A stretch of 64,000 nucleotides of DNA from NCBI GenBank assembly GCA_951406725.2, contig OX597827.1, positions 66,216,001-66,280,000 of the forward strand, written 5' to 3'. This document shows positions 42,781 to 56,611 of the stretch, one piece after another. Within the stretch, counting starts at the first letter, position 1; every line of letters starts with the position of its first letter. The notes below the pieces were generated by a model that worked only from the letters and a program-made list of their open reading frames with translations, was not told the DNA's origin and ran no database searches. The position numbers and the translations under genes are program-made. The DNA is from Octopus vulgaris (lineage: Eukaryota).

Positions 42781-42997
42781 GAATCACTTCAACATTAAAA
42801 TTTAATTTGTCAAAATATTTTCGTCGCTTTTAGACCTCGGCCTGTTCACTGACAAACTTTCGTGCTGCACAGAGTTTTGTCAGTGAACAAGTCGAGGTCT
42901 CCAAGCGACGAAAATATTTTGACAAATTAAATTTAAATGTTGAAGTGAATCTAACGGTTTTTCTTAAATGGCTTACAGACACCTTCCACGCTGCAAT
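42781..42997 (+). mobile_element. Penelope-type pLTR fragment with hairpin (inverted) 5' end
   Basis: 42782-42858 is the reverse complement of 42874-42950; same family as the 19362, 60808 and 63014 copies. Confidence 0.75.
42876..42926 (+). ncRNA. Hammerhead-like motif with compensatory G3:C8 core (mirror copy at 42806-42856, minus strand)
   Basis: tttgtca GTGAACA a gtcg aggtctccaag cgac GAAA ATAT TT tgacaaa; 7 bp helix I, 4 bp helix II, palindromic AATATT helix III. Confidence 0.65.
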
Positions 42998-43072
<75 letters not shown>

Positions 43073-43073
43073 T

Positions 43074-43129
<56 letters not shown>

Positions 43130-43130
43130 C

Positions 43131-43169
<39 letters not shown>

Positions 43170-44134
43170 TGCATATCTCAATATACATATGCATGTTTTT
43201 TTTAATGTGTATGTGTCCAGAATCACATTTCTTAACCTCAAATAATATTGAATGTTATTAAATACATAAGCGGGAATCCCATACGACAGAAGTGATGCTT
43301 TATTTTCTTTGTATATATGGAAGTTATATAAAAGTCATGTTTGGGTTCTGACATATTACAGAAAATTTTCCAGGAAATGAAAATATTTCGTTGCCAACAA
43401 CCCGCTTTTAACGCCCCATTTTTGGAAAGGATCAGCGATATTTAATCATGTTGTAATTTTCTAATTCCTATTTATAACCACATTTTATTGCCACATTCAT
43501 GTTATCTCCACGTGTGCTATGCTAGCATTTACTTTTACAGAAAATTTTCATTTACCAAAAAGCTGAAACAAGCTTTATAGACACATTTACTATTTTATTA
43601 AATATTTACAGATAATCATCAGATTCGGTTAATTTGATTCACTTATCTGTTTTGTCTACGGGCAGGAGATTGAAAATGCTATTAAATTAACGATTCATTG
43701 ATTCAATTATATTTATTACCTGCAATAGGCTCATTGTTACCTTGAAATGCGCTTACTAGTTTATTAATCATCCAACCTTGTAAATGTCTATATCATTTCT
43801 ATTTTTCATATATAAATTTACTAGAATGTTTATTTGGAATAATTCTCTGAATTTCTGAATCGTTATCGCTAATTTATATTGCATTTGGCCTCGTAAAAGT
43901 TTCATTATATATCAGTCATTGGAAAGTGGCCATGCTGTGGAAGCGCCATGGAAGGTTTATCGGACGAAAAGAGATCAGTATTAATAATTAATGTCTGGTA
44001 CGTACGTATTCGAACGATATTATTTTTTTATGTTTTGTTTTTGATGAAGCGATATGTTAGGTAGACGTAAAGAAAACAACATTGTTTCTGTAGTAGTGAA
44101 GGGGGAACGAAGACAAGCGTCTACACGTAAGAAA

Positions 44135-44169
44135 ACATATATATATAGTATACGTACGTAAGTATATAT

Positions 44170-44208
<39 letters not shown>

Positions 44209-44242
44209 CATATATGTATATATATATGTATGTATATATATG

Positions 44243-44290
<48 letters not shown>

Positions 44291-44396
44291 TATATGTATA
44301 TATGTATATATATATATATACATACATATATATATATACATATATGTTCATATATATATATTATATATATATATATACATGATATATATGTATGCA

Positions 44397-44432
<36 letters not shown>

Positions 44433-44470
44433 TGTATGTATGTATGTATGTATGCATGTATGTATGTATG

Positions 44471-44504
<34 letters not shown>

Positions 44505-44533
44505 TGTATGTATGTATGTATGTATGTATGTAT
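44135..44533. repeat. (TA)n/(TATG)n compound microsatellite
   Basis: Directly visible. Confidence 0.95.
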
Positions 44534-44821
44534 AGCGGCGTACATACGCTTCTCCTCACCTTGTAATTAAGTATGTATCTAAATTCTGTACGACATTTTT
44601 ACGCCTTCTTTCAATCTCCCTTTTGTTTTCTCACTCAGCCCTCCACAATGTATAAACACTGAAAAGCGATGAAGAAAAGGGGACGACGTAAACGATTTTC
44701 ATCCCAGAGCCATTACACATTATACCTAGGAATCAAGGACTCGGCCTGGATTGCCTAAATTGAATATATATATCCTATACCAAACTTAAGCTATATATGT
44801 AAATGTGTGTGTGTATGTATG

Positions 44822-44881
<60 letters not shown>

Positions 44882-44882
<1 letters not shown>

Positions 44883-45214
44883 GCATGGCTCAGTGGTTGG
44901 AGCGTCAAGTTTACGATCGTGAGGTTATAAGTTCGATTCCCGGATCGGGTTGCGTGTTGTGTTCTTGAGCAAGACACCTCATTTCACGTTACTCCAGTTC
45001 ACTCAGCTGTAGAAATGAGTTGCGACGTCACAGGTGCCAAGCTGTATCGGCCCCTTTGTCTTTCCCAGGGATAGCATCAGTAGTGTGGAGAAGGGAGACT
45101 GGTATGCATTGGCGACTCCCGGTCTTCCATATACAACCTAACCCGGACTTGTGCCTCCGAGGGTAACTCTCTAGGTGCAATCCCATTGTCATTCATGACC
45201 GAAGGGAGTCTCCT
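44882..45214 (+). mobile_element. SINE family D, full length
   Basis: tggctcagtggttgg A-box, gttcgattccc B-box; aligns with 13912-14240. Confidence 0.88.
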
Positions 45215-45257
45215 CATATATATATATATATGAATGTGTGGCATTAGGAGCAGCACG

Positions 45258-45677
45258 GGAACGGCAGTTTTTAACATAATTTCTAGGTAACTAAAAAATT
45301 TTAAACTTCGTATACTGGTAAAATGCGTTTATTAAACATCTTTTTCTCTTGGCGCTTTTGCGAAAATTCTATATTTTGTAAGATATTTGTTGTTTTTTCT
45401 TCAATTTCTGCAATTTCAACCAATCAGTGACGTCTCTTGGGTTAAAAAGCATTCTGTGCTGTATGAATATGTCCCTCGTTTATGAAACAGATTGGGTTTA
45501 TTTACATTAGTGAAGAAAAAAAGATGCCCTTCCCCACCCCTAACCCTAACTAACCCTAACTACCCCTAACCCTCGAAGAGATTGAAATGCAATAGATCGA
45601 TTCTAGGGTCATAATTATGGGTGACAATTTCATATGACACCGCTAGAAAAAAACTGCCGTTCAAACTGAAAAGGTCT
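45258..45677. mobile_element. Non-autonomous DNA transposon (Merlin-like) with perfect 8 bp TSD and internal (CCCTAA)n
   Basis: TSD gcagcacg at 45250-45257 and 45678-45685; TIR gaacggcagttttt/aaaaactgccgttc; left end homologous to the 53984 element. Confidence 0.8.
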
Positions 45678-46662
45678 GCAGCACGTTTATGTGAGGCATT
45701 TTTTCTTCAAACAAATCAATAACAAAAAAAAAATCTTCTATTCTGATTTTCGTTGTATGGATGAATAAAATGATTGTCTGGAAATGACTTCCTAAATGTC
45801 ATAATGCATTCTATAATAACCTTTATATATTTTATATTTGTTGAACAACATCCGAAAACAATATAATATTATATTAGTTTATTTGCTTATGGTTTGTCTT
45901 TTGAAGGATAGAAAAGTATCTGATAAATATTCTTTTTATCTCCTCTGAACAAATCGTATTGTTTCTGTGCTGTCTAAAATATATGTCTCATTTCTCTCCC
46001 GCTCTCACTCTCTCTGTGCACACATACACATACTTATATATATGTATGTGTATGTATATATTTGAGGAGGATGTATATATATAGGTGTATGTGTATGTGT
46101 ATTTATCTGTGTGAATGTGTGTGGAAAAATATAAATTGTAAATAGTCATATGGAAGCAAGTTAGGTTAATTCCTTTATTCTTATTCAATGTTATAACATT
46201 GGCGCACGTACATATATAAAAAAAATTATACACATATATATACATGTGTGTATGTATATATATGTGTGTGTGTGTATATATTTATACACAGACGGAGGGA
46301 CTCATAAAGAGTGAGCGAAACAGTGCTCGTGAATAATGTTTGTGTGTGTGTGTGTCTCGGGGTGTTTTTGTGTCTGTGTGTGTTTGTGAGAGGGAGAGAG
46401 CGGGGAAAGATGGATGCAGCCGGGCAGTGATAAAGACGGATAGAAAACAGATAATGTTATGTTTCATATCTATTATGAATAATAAATTTGGTAACATAAC
46501 AAGCGATAATATAATTTCTTTATTTGTTTGTCTATGTTTACAATACACTTCACTACATTGGTGTGCGCCGGTATACTTATAAGTAGGAATTATATATTTA
46601 TGGGTGTGCGTGTATGTGTGTGCCTGTGAGCATTACTTATGTTCATGTTTACGTATGTATGA

Positions 46663-46702
<40 letters not shown>

Positions 46703-47220
46703 ACATGTATGTGTGGTGTGTAAGCTACAAAACGGTGACGAGTGACCATTTTGTAAATATGATTATAAGCATTCACTTCGTCTTGGTTATGGCAAATGGT
46801 ATAATCTTAGGGCATATGAGCACCTGACGAAAAAGGTGCATCGAACCCACACCTGGTTTTTGCAGCAATAGGTGTGCTGAACGATGACTTCAACGCAAAC
46901 AACTATTTTCTCCTTTAAATTTAAAAAGCATGAATTCATAGCAGGAAGCGTAAATTAAAAGGCGGTGACTACTGAAAATATTGTAAAGATACATATAAGC
47001 TTCCACGTTATCGTGGCTGTAGAGAATGAATAGTTAGTCATATAAGTTCCTGACTGCAAAAATAGATATTGATATATTTGGGAATCGAAAACACACCTTA
47101 TATATTCAAGATCATTGCGTTGAAGGATTACACCAATATATCCATCAAATTGTGTCCGTTAAATTCAGGATCTCTGGTAAAAGATGTGGTTTCGATTCCC
47201 TCGTGTACTAATGTTCATCT

Positions 47221-47602
47221 GGAGGCGCAATGGCCCAGGGGTTAGGGCAGCGGACTCGCGGTCGTAGGATCGCGGTTTCGATTCCTAGACCGGGCGTTGT
47301 GAGTGTTTATTGATCGAAAACACGTAAGGCTCCACCAGGCTCCGACAGGGGATGGTGGTGATCCATGCTGTACTCTTTCACCACAACTTTCTCTCACTCT
47401 TACTTCCTGTTTCTGTTGTACCTGCATTTCAAAGGGCCGGCCTTGTCACTCTCTGTGTCACGCTGAATATCCCCGAGAACTACGTTAAGGGTACACGTGT
47501 CTGTGGAGTGCTCAGCCACTTACACGTTAATTTCACGAGCAGGCTGTTCCGTTGATTCGGATCAACCGGAACCCTCGTCGTGGTAACCGACGGAGTGCTT
47601 CC
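47221..47602 (+). mobile_element. tRNA-derived SINE family C, full length with TSD
   Basis: A/B boxes; TSD aatgttcatct on both flanks. Confidence 0.93.
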
Positions 47603-47777
47603 AACCAATGTTCATCTGTTTTATTTTTTCTGTTGGGCGTGTATATCCACTAATATTAGACTATTTTCTATAGTCAATATATGATGGAACATTATAATTG
47701 CACACACAGACACTAACGCAGATACACACACACGCAATAACAAGCACACACATGTGTATATATATATTATATACACA

Positions 47778-47808
<31 letters not shown>

Positions 47809-48076
47809 ATCATGTATTGGGGGCGATGTGACTGGATAGTCCACTCGCACAAAATTTCAGGCCTTATGCATATATACATACATATATGTACATACCTACA
47901 TCTATATGTATATATACATGCATATAAGGGTACAGGACATCAAAAAAACATTGAACACAATGTGAAACGAAAACATTAAAAAAAATATGGAAACGAACTA
48001 TTTTTCAAACAACGAAAGAACAGAGTAGAAAACATACAACACGAGGAATATTTCCCTTATATATATATACAATCAA

Positions 48077-48302
48077 GGCGGCAAGCTGGCAGAAACGTTA
48101 GCACGCCGGGCGAAATGCTTAGCAGTATTTCGTCTGCCGTTACATTCTGAGTTCAAATTCCGCCGAGGTCGACTTTGCCTTTCATCTTTTCGGGGTCGAT
48201 AAATAAAATATCAGCTACGCACTGGGGTCGATGTAATCGACTTAATTCCTTTGTCTGTCCTTGTTTGTCTCCTCTATGTTTAGCCCCTTGTGGGCAAAAA
48301 GA
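48077..48302 (+). mobile_element. SINE family A
   Basis: Full head-to-tail match. Confidence 0.92.
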
Positions 48303-48599
48303 AAAGAAAAATATATACATACAATGAAAAGGCACTATCACTCTGAAATTTCATGCTTGTCCCAGCTATTCTAGGACACAGTAGTAACGATTTCATCGAT
48401 AAACCCGACCCTATTACCTTATGTTTTCATTGTCCTATTTACCCGATTGGACTCTAAAACCATAAATATCTTCTCGTAGATGGCACCCAATCTGCAAAAA
48501 CATCAGCACTCCCCTGAAAGTATTTTAAACGAAACAAGGAAAAAAGTGACCTTTCATTATTCAAAATCTATTAAGAACAAAAAGTTGAAGAATATATAT

Positions 48600-49013
48600 A
48601 TTTCTTTATTGCCCACAGAGGGCTAACCACAGAGGGGACAAACAAGAACAGACAAAGGGCTTAAGTCGGTTACATCGACCGCAGTGCGTAACTGGAACTT
48701 AATTTATCGACCCCGAAAGGATGAAAGGCAAAGTCGACCTCGGCGGAATTTGAACTCAGAACGTAACGGCAGACGAAATACCTACTCCTTTACTACCCAC
48801 AAGCGGCTAAACACAGAGAGGACAAACAAGGACAGACAAAGGTATTAAGTCGATTATATCAACCCTAGTGAGTAACTGGTACTTAATTTATCGATCCCGA
48901 AGGGATGAAAGTTAAAGTCGACCTCGTCGGAATTTGAAATCAGAACGTAACGGCAACCGAAATACCGCTAAGCATTTCGCCCGACGTGCTAACGATTCTG
49001 CCACTTCGCCGCC
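48600..49013 (-). mobile_element. SINE family A tandem dimer
   Basis: Two consecutive reverse-complement units. Confidence 0.9.
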
Positions 49014-49696
49014 CTAAAAATTCCGCCCCAAGTAATACTGCGAGCTACTTGTAACGCAGTCGAACTCGGAACTATAACTCTCCTCCAACTCTACCACTGT
49101 CGCCAAAGTAGCTCGCTTAAATATGAAATATATAGACTTCTTAGATGCCGACCACAGAGCTATATAAGCAATACTTAAGGCTTGTTCGTTACAAGACAAA
49201 AGTCTGACATCTGTTGAAATGAAAAGGTACATTAATAACTATATAGAAACGTATTAACGCGCTCTCACAAATATAATGTCCTGCTTTTTTCTTTATTGTG
49301 TAAAAGTAGTATGAACGAAACGAAACTTAATGAACAATAAATGAGGTAAAAGTGTGATGTAGAAAACATTTGCCGAAACGAATGAAAATAAAAAAGCATT
49401 TGATGAAAAGTCTACTGAAAATATCAACTTAATGACATAGCGAGTGCAGACATTATCAAAGAGAGAAAACATATACGTTATAAGAGAAGGCGAACGAAAT
49501 ACAATTTGCGACGCACTTCTAAAGAGAGTGATTAAATATGAAGTGATACGAAATTACCCACAGCAAAAAATATAAACGCAAATGCCATTTTTCATGTGAG
49601 CAGTTTCGCTCATAAAATCAGTCAATAAGTATATTCAATAATGAAAATTACGTGCGTATGTGTGTGCTGTGTGTGTGTATGGTGTCTCTGAGTGTA

Positions 49697-49745
<49 letters not shown>

Positions 49746-49827
49746 TGAAAATCTACATGCCCCCATGCATTATAAATTTGTATATACATGTATGTATGCA
49801 TGTTTATATATGGATATCTATCTCTCC

Positions 49828-49880
<53 letters not shown>

Positions 49881-50090
49881 CAACTGCAAATGAGTGTGTG
49901 TGTAGTGTGTGTGCGTGTATTGATTATAGCGTTTATTCATGAGAATCGACAATGGTTTAAATGCTTCATCGCCGTGCACTCTTGACAGCGTTTGAAGTAG
50001 GCATATACCTGCTTTCTTTCAACTGGGGAAGAAACTGACAAGCAAAATAGTCGGCTCTTATAGGGTCTGAAATCCCGTAATCTTTATATA

Positions 50091-50144
<54 letters not shown>

Positions 50145-51728
50145 AAGAAATATATGGAGGAAGAATTCAGTGCCTGTTTTTACAAAACAGAATTCTGAAA
50201 ACTTTTCATAGAAGAAATATCGTTTGAACTCATTCGATACTCTTTTTAAGCTAGGCAACATTCTTCAGCCATGCTTGGAGCTGAATAAAAACTTTAGCAC
50301 ATTGCTACGAGCCGTATTTTCCTCGGGTTTCCTGAGGTGTGTGACTATTGATTTTTTTCCCCTCGCATTAGCATTTAGATTGCTCTGTGAAATATAATGC
50401 GTATATTCACATTGTTTTAACTTAATCGTGCATTATTGCGCAGCTTTCATATTCCAATGATGTAATTATTATTATTTTGTTTTAGAATAACATTCTAGGG
50501 CAGCTGTAAGAATTTCAACATTCAGGCCAGATATAGCCGGTTTAAAGATATAACCATTAACGTCTTCACAGAAAGTTATGTAATTAACTTTTTTAAGAGG
50601 AGTATGAACAATGATAACGACGCGCTTGCGAGAATACGACTTTGTGAGGAGCTAGCATACATATAATACTCGTCACGCGCCCTAGGTAACGTTGGTACAA
50701 TTTACATGTAAGTGACAAGATTTTAAATAGCCTTATCAATCTCGTGTTTTCATGAACATGACTATAATATACAACAAATTCTTTAACAAACACAACGACA
50801 ACTTCATCAGTTTATGCACCGAAACGTACACTTGCACACACCTAACTGCAATAATAATATCCTTATTTTCAGATGGCATCCAATTCCTCGGCACTTTTTT
50901 CATATATTTCCAAAAGTATTGGAACGTTTACGTGTATTTTTACTTATCCTTTAAAGGAGGTTTTAGATAATGTTACAACCCCTATCTTATTCGTGTTGAT
51001 ATCTAAGTTATTTAACTTTGTTCATCCAAAAATTTGACAACTAGGAAGGCATGCTGAAATAAATGAAATTGGAATAAATTCAATGCTGTAGATGAATTGC
51101 AACTTCAAGATGAAAAGTGGAACGGAAATTGCAACAACCTGAATATACCACACAAATTTGCTACACGCATATTGCATTTAAACTGGGACTAATTTAGAAG
51201 TTTCTATAGCATTATTGTTGTATTCATATAATGGTTTCAAGAGAAGAAATAGTGTGGATGTGAAGGTTAGCAGGCACACGGGTTCAAAAGAAATCGTAAG
51301 GGGGGAAAAAACCAATAAAAGAGATAGTGTTGAGAGAGAAATAAAATTTTGTGCATCTGACTCTATAAAAGCCTTAAAATATTCTGTAATTGCGGTCGGA
51401 AAAAAAAAGAAAATTAACCATAGATTGCACTGAAATTACTGAAGTGAATGTAAAAGAGGTAAAGGGCGGGCTTCTGCTACGTTTCGCATCCAATAACGAG
51501 GTATTTATCACGAAAGTGAGGAGAGCTAGGACACGTTCTGTGTGACAAGTGGCACGGAAATTCATGTATCTTGATTACACAGACACACACACAAACACAC
51601 ACACACACCCCTCACTCACACGCCCACATTCACACACGCACACACTAATAATATCATACATAAGTGTCTGTGTGATATTATCTTATAGAATGCATGAACA
51701 AAGCTTCTCTGCGGATGTACTACTCTGA

Positions 51729-51774
<46 letters not shown>

Positions 51775-51897
51775 GTATGCTATCATACATACATATTTAT
51801 ATGTATATATATATATATGTATATATATATACATACACCTATGCTATAATATATACATATGTATTTATGTATATATATAGATATATATGTGTGTGCG

Positions 51898-51948
<51 letters not shown>

Positions 51949-52752
51949 TGTGTACACATATACATGTGTGTGTATGTGTATGTGTATCGTAGTGATGTGG
52001 CTATATAGCATATATACACATACGTATATACGCATAAATATGTTTCTAAGCAGAGATAGGTAGATATATAGATAGAATAAGATGACGCATATATATTAGT
52101 ATGCAGAAATTACAAATAATCTATTTACAAATTTAGACATACTGTCCCATACACAATTTTATCTACATACAATCTCTATCCTCGGGCATCTTTCGCTTGA
52201 GCTTTGAACATCTGTGTCTTGATGCTCGATAATCTTATAACAATTGTTCAATCCACTCGTATTAACGCTTATGGTATTCACGCATGTGATATCATTGAAA
52301 TTGCTGTTTAATTGATATACTTAATCTGAACATCTATATTTGTCCCTCAGATGTCCTCACTGCGAAATCCTCCTTAGTCATGCGCGCATGTCATTGTTGC
52401 CCATCTTATCTCATTATTACACACACCATCGCTCTTTCTCCTCCCACTTTCTCTCTGCCTGTGTGTGTGTGTGTGTGTTTGCTTGCTTCTCTCTCTTTGT
52501 CTGTCTCTCCCTCCGTCCCTCCATCCAGCTCTGTCAGGCACATTCTAAGTACGATATTCGCAATTATATTTCGAGTAATTTTCATTACTCTGCATTATTT
52601 TCATATTTTGCTTATTCCTCGTGATATTCCTTGTGTTCTACATTCCACCAGTTGCAAATCATACGTAATGTAGGTAATTTTCCTATCAAAATCATTCTCA
52701 GATTTTTTTAACCCTCGCTACCTCTTGCAACTCTCTTTCTTTCTTTCTTCGT

Positions 52753-53026
52753 CCTTTTCAAGCCTAGCCAGACGCATGCGCCCGGTGTCCCGGTTTATAT
52801 AGCGTATGTGTTGTCCCCAGCTGGACGTGACGCCAGTCCATCGCCGAGTTACTCAGGAAACTTGTGGCGAAAGAGTACAACAGGGGTCGCCACAACCCCC
52901 TGCCGGAGCCTATGGGGCCTTAGGTGTTTTCACTCAATAAACAAACACAACCGCCGGTCTGGGAATCGCAACCACGATCCTCCGACCGCGAGTCCGCTGC
53001 CCTAACCACTGGGCCATTGCGCCTCC
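52753..53026 (-). mobile_element. SINE family C head with gaaaccgg/ggctaggcttgaaaagg tail
   Basis: Reverse complement head ggaggcgcaatggcccagtggttagggc; tail as at 5188-5417. Confidence 0.85.
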
Positions 53027-53171
53027 AGTGGAGGAGCGTATAATTTTGCTCATGATCATAATGTATATAGAAACACAATATATACATATCGGGGTCACAA
53101 AACTATAGTCCTATCAGTGAATTGGTGGAATACTAGATGCACAGTTTTCCTTGTTATATATATTATTTGGA

Positions 53172-53268
<97 letters not shown>

Positions 53269-53983
53269 CTTGCAATATCTATCTTTCTATCTATCTATCT
53301 ACAGTAATTCCCCGCCATATCGCGGTTCACCTACCGCAGTTTGCCTTTATTTAATCTTATGTCAATTCCTCCTTGGTATTGCTTTGCATTTATAATAAAA
53401 TAAATATATACAAATATACGCCTACACACAAAATCACACTCAAATAGTCTCATACAGTTACACGCATACATACACACACATTCTTGCAGAGAATTAGCGT
53501 CAAATTTTTCACTTGATATTTATTGGAACGCTAAAATCTTCATAGGGCAAGTTCACTGTGAAGGAGTCCGTAGTGACTATAGCAGACTGACACGTCAGCC
53601 TTAGGAAACCAATTATATAAATACAGATATCTTCAAGAAGTCATATATTTCTCAGCGTCCACCCACAATAACAAACAGAAAGATTATGAACCTATGACCT
53701 AGAATATAGTTTTAACTGTTTATGCATGTATCCACCGTAAAAATTCTACATATTCATTTTCAGGTCTATTAGAACTAATTGAGAAACTGGAATGATTCCA
53801 CTGTAACATCAACTTCAATATATAACAGCTAAAGAAGGAAAAAAATAGATTGCCTCTTCTAGAATATTCTCGTAGACTGATCTTCTAGTCTTGGTGATTC
53901 GTCACCCATCCTGGAAATATGTGTATCCATCACATAAATGTGATAATTTACTATGATAATATATTAGCAACCCAATCTCGATG

Positions 53984-54652
53984 GGATCTTTTCCTTTTGA
54001 ACGGCACATGTCAACACAATTTCTAGTTAACTAAACACTTTAAAACTTCATATACTGGTAAAATGTGTCAAAATAAAACATTTTTTTCTCTTGGCTTTCT
54101 TGAGAAAATTGTAATTTGTTAGTTTAACGTAGTTTAATTTTTCGAATTTTAACCAATGAATTGCCTCTAGTGAGCTAAAATCATTTGCTGCGTCTAAAAC
54201 TGAGACAACATCCTGTCATTAACCCTAACCCTCACCCTCTATAGAATTATTTTGTTTGTTAATTGTTTAAATTATTTACCACTGCTTTCGTTTTAGCCTT
54301 TCGTTTTTTTTCTGAATTTTTATCCTTAAATTAATTTAACAATTAAGAAAAAAAACAATTAAGAAAAAAAAAACCCCAAAGGATGAGGGTGAGGGTGAGG
54401 TTTAGGGTTAGGGTTAGTGACAGGATGTTGTCTCAGTTTTAGACGCAGCAAATGACTTTAGCTCAATTAGAGGCAATTGATTGGTTAACATTCGAAAAAT
54501 TAAACTATGTTAAACAAACGAATTACAATTTTATCAAGAAAGCCAAGAGAAAAAAATGTTTTATTTTGACACATTCTACCAGTATACGAAGTTTAAAGTG
54601 TTTAGTTAACTAGAAATTGTGTTGACATGTGCCATTCAAAAGGAAAAGATCC
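53984..54652. mobile_element. MITE (Merlin-like) with ~255 bp TIRs ending in telomeric-type repeats
   Basis: GGATC...GATCC termini; 8 bp TSD tctcgatg/tcacgatg; arms end in aaccctaaccctcaccctc / gagggtgaggtttagggttagggtt. Confidence 0.88.
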
Positions 54653-55076
54653 TCACGATGTATATATATATATATATAATTTTAGCGTAAAGCTATATTC
54701 AGTTAAAAAGATCGTAGTTAAAGTGTTGTACACTTTTCATTAAACATTAAAGACAGATTTAACATTTTTCGTATTTGAAATCTAAATGTAATGATTCGCC
54801 ACAAATTACTTTACCCGAGTCTCTAATTAGTAATTGAATTCATTAAAGTGTTTTTAATTAATACTTTGAAATTATGGCACAATAGAAGCACATTTTACGA
54901 AAACGTTTAGTCAATAAATATTTACCCAATGGTATTTATGTACATCGGCCTAGAAATGATGGAATGTAAAGTGGGACCCGGCGAAATTTGAACCCTCACA
55001 TAAAGCATCAGTCGAAACACCGCTAAAAATATTGTCGGACTCGTTAACAATTCTACCAGAAATAATTTTTGTATAT

Positions 55077-55279
55077 ATTTCTTTATTGTCCACAAGGGGG
55101 TCAAACAAAGACAGACAAAGGGATTAAGTCGATTACATCGACCCCAGCGCGTAGCTGGTACTTTATTTATCGACACCGAACGGATGAAAGGCAATTCGAC
55201 CTCGATGGAATTTGAACTCAGAACCTAACGGCTAAGCATTTCGCCCGGCGCGCTAACGCTTCTGCCAGCTCGTCGCCTT
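55077..55279 (-). mobile_element. SINE family A
   Basis: Reverse complement of family A. Confidence 0.88.
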
Positions 55280-55697
55280 ATATTTTTATATAATAACAAC
55301 GGTCAGAACTAAATGTTTTATGGTAGACATACGAATCATTCATTCTTCAAAAACAAAATAATTAAGGGGGGAGAAATCAATAGATAGTCAGCGTAACAAT
55401 ATATAAAATTAAATAGAAAAGATATCACATTATTGAGTATGGATATAAAAGTTGTTACAGAACCACTTGGAGTATTATATAAGATAGTAAGAAATTTGGC
55501 ATAATTTAACACATTTCAAAAGGCTAATAACCTACAGGTTATCCATTTGGTTTATTGTCAGGAGACGTGAGAAATTCTATAGTCGCAACGGCTGCTATTG
55601 CAACGTATTAAGACAATCGAGTTGAAACAGAAGGCTTCAGTCTAACAACGAAAAAGGCTACTGACATTTCTCGGCGACAATGGAACACGTTTCATCT

Positions 55698-56569
55698 GGA
55701 AGAAGGAAGCACTCCGTCAGTTACGACGACGAGAGTTCCGGTTGATCCGATCAACGGAACAGCTTGCTCGTGAAATTAACGTGTAAGTGGCTGAGCACTC
55801 CACAGACACGTGTACTCTTAACATAGTTCTCGGGGATATTCAGCGTGACACAGAGAGTGACAACACTTTTCATTAAACATTAAAGACAGATTTAACATTT
55901 TTCGTATTTGAAATCTAAATGTAATGATTCGCCACAAATTACTTTACCCGAGTCTCTAATTAGTAATTGAATTCATTAAAGTGTTTTTAATTAATACTTT
56001 GAAATTATGGCACAATAGAAGCACATTTTACGAAAACGTTTAGTCAATAAATATTTACCCAATGGTATTTATGTACATCGGCCTAGAAATGATGGAATGT
56101 AAAGTGGGACCCGGCGAAATTTGAACCCTCACATAAAGCATCAGTCGAAACACCGCTAAAAATATTGTCGGACTCGTTAACAATTCTACCAGAAATAATT
56201 TTTGTATATATTTCAAAGACAGACAGACAGACAGACAAAGGGATAAAGTCGATTACATCGACCCCAGCGCGTAGCTGGTACTTTATTTATCGACACCGAA
56301 CGGATGAAAGGCAATTCGACCTCGATGGAATTTGAACTCAGAACCTAACGGCTAAGCATTTACAGGTACAACAGAAACAGGAAGTAAGAGTGAGAGAAAG
56401 TTGTGGTGAAAGAGTACAGCAGGGATCACCACCATCCCCTGCCGGAGCCTCGTGGAGCTTTAGGTGTTTTTTTCGCTGAATAAATACTCACAACGCCCGG
56501 TCTGGGAATCGAAACCGCGATCCTACGACCGCGAGTTCGCTGCCCTAACCACTGGGCCATTGCGCCTCC
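55698..56569 (-). mobile_element. SINE family C interrupted by a ~500 bp copy of nearby DNA
   Basis: Halves 55698-55863 and 56361-56569; TSD acacgtttcatct at 55685-55697 and 56570-56582. Confidence 0.9.
55863..56361 (+). repeat. Direct duplicate of 54730-55241
   Basis: Near-identical except an internal deletion and (GACA)n expansion near 56213-56238. Confidence 0.93.
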
Positions 56570-56611
56570 ACACGTTTCATCTAACCTAATCAGATAAGAT
56601 GCGGTTCTTGA

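Noticed and set aside
45538-45572. True telomere or chromosome-fusion scar
   Set aside because: Short degenerate repeats inside a TSD-flanked transposon
47221-47292. SINE heads as functional tRNA genes
   Set aside because: A/B boxes are present but continue into SINE bodies with TSDs; no complete cloverleaf
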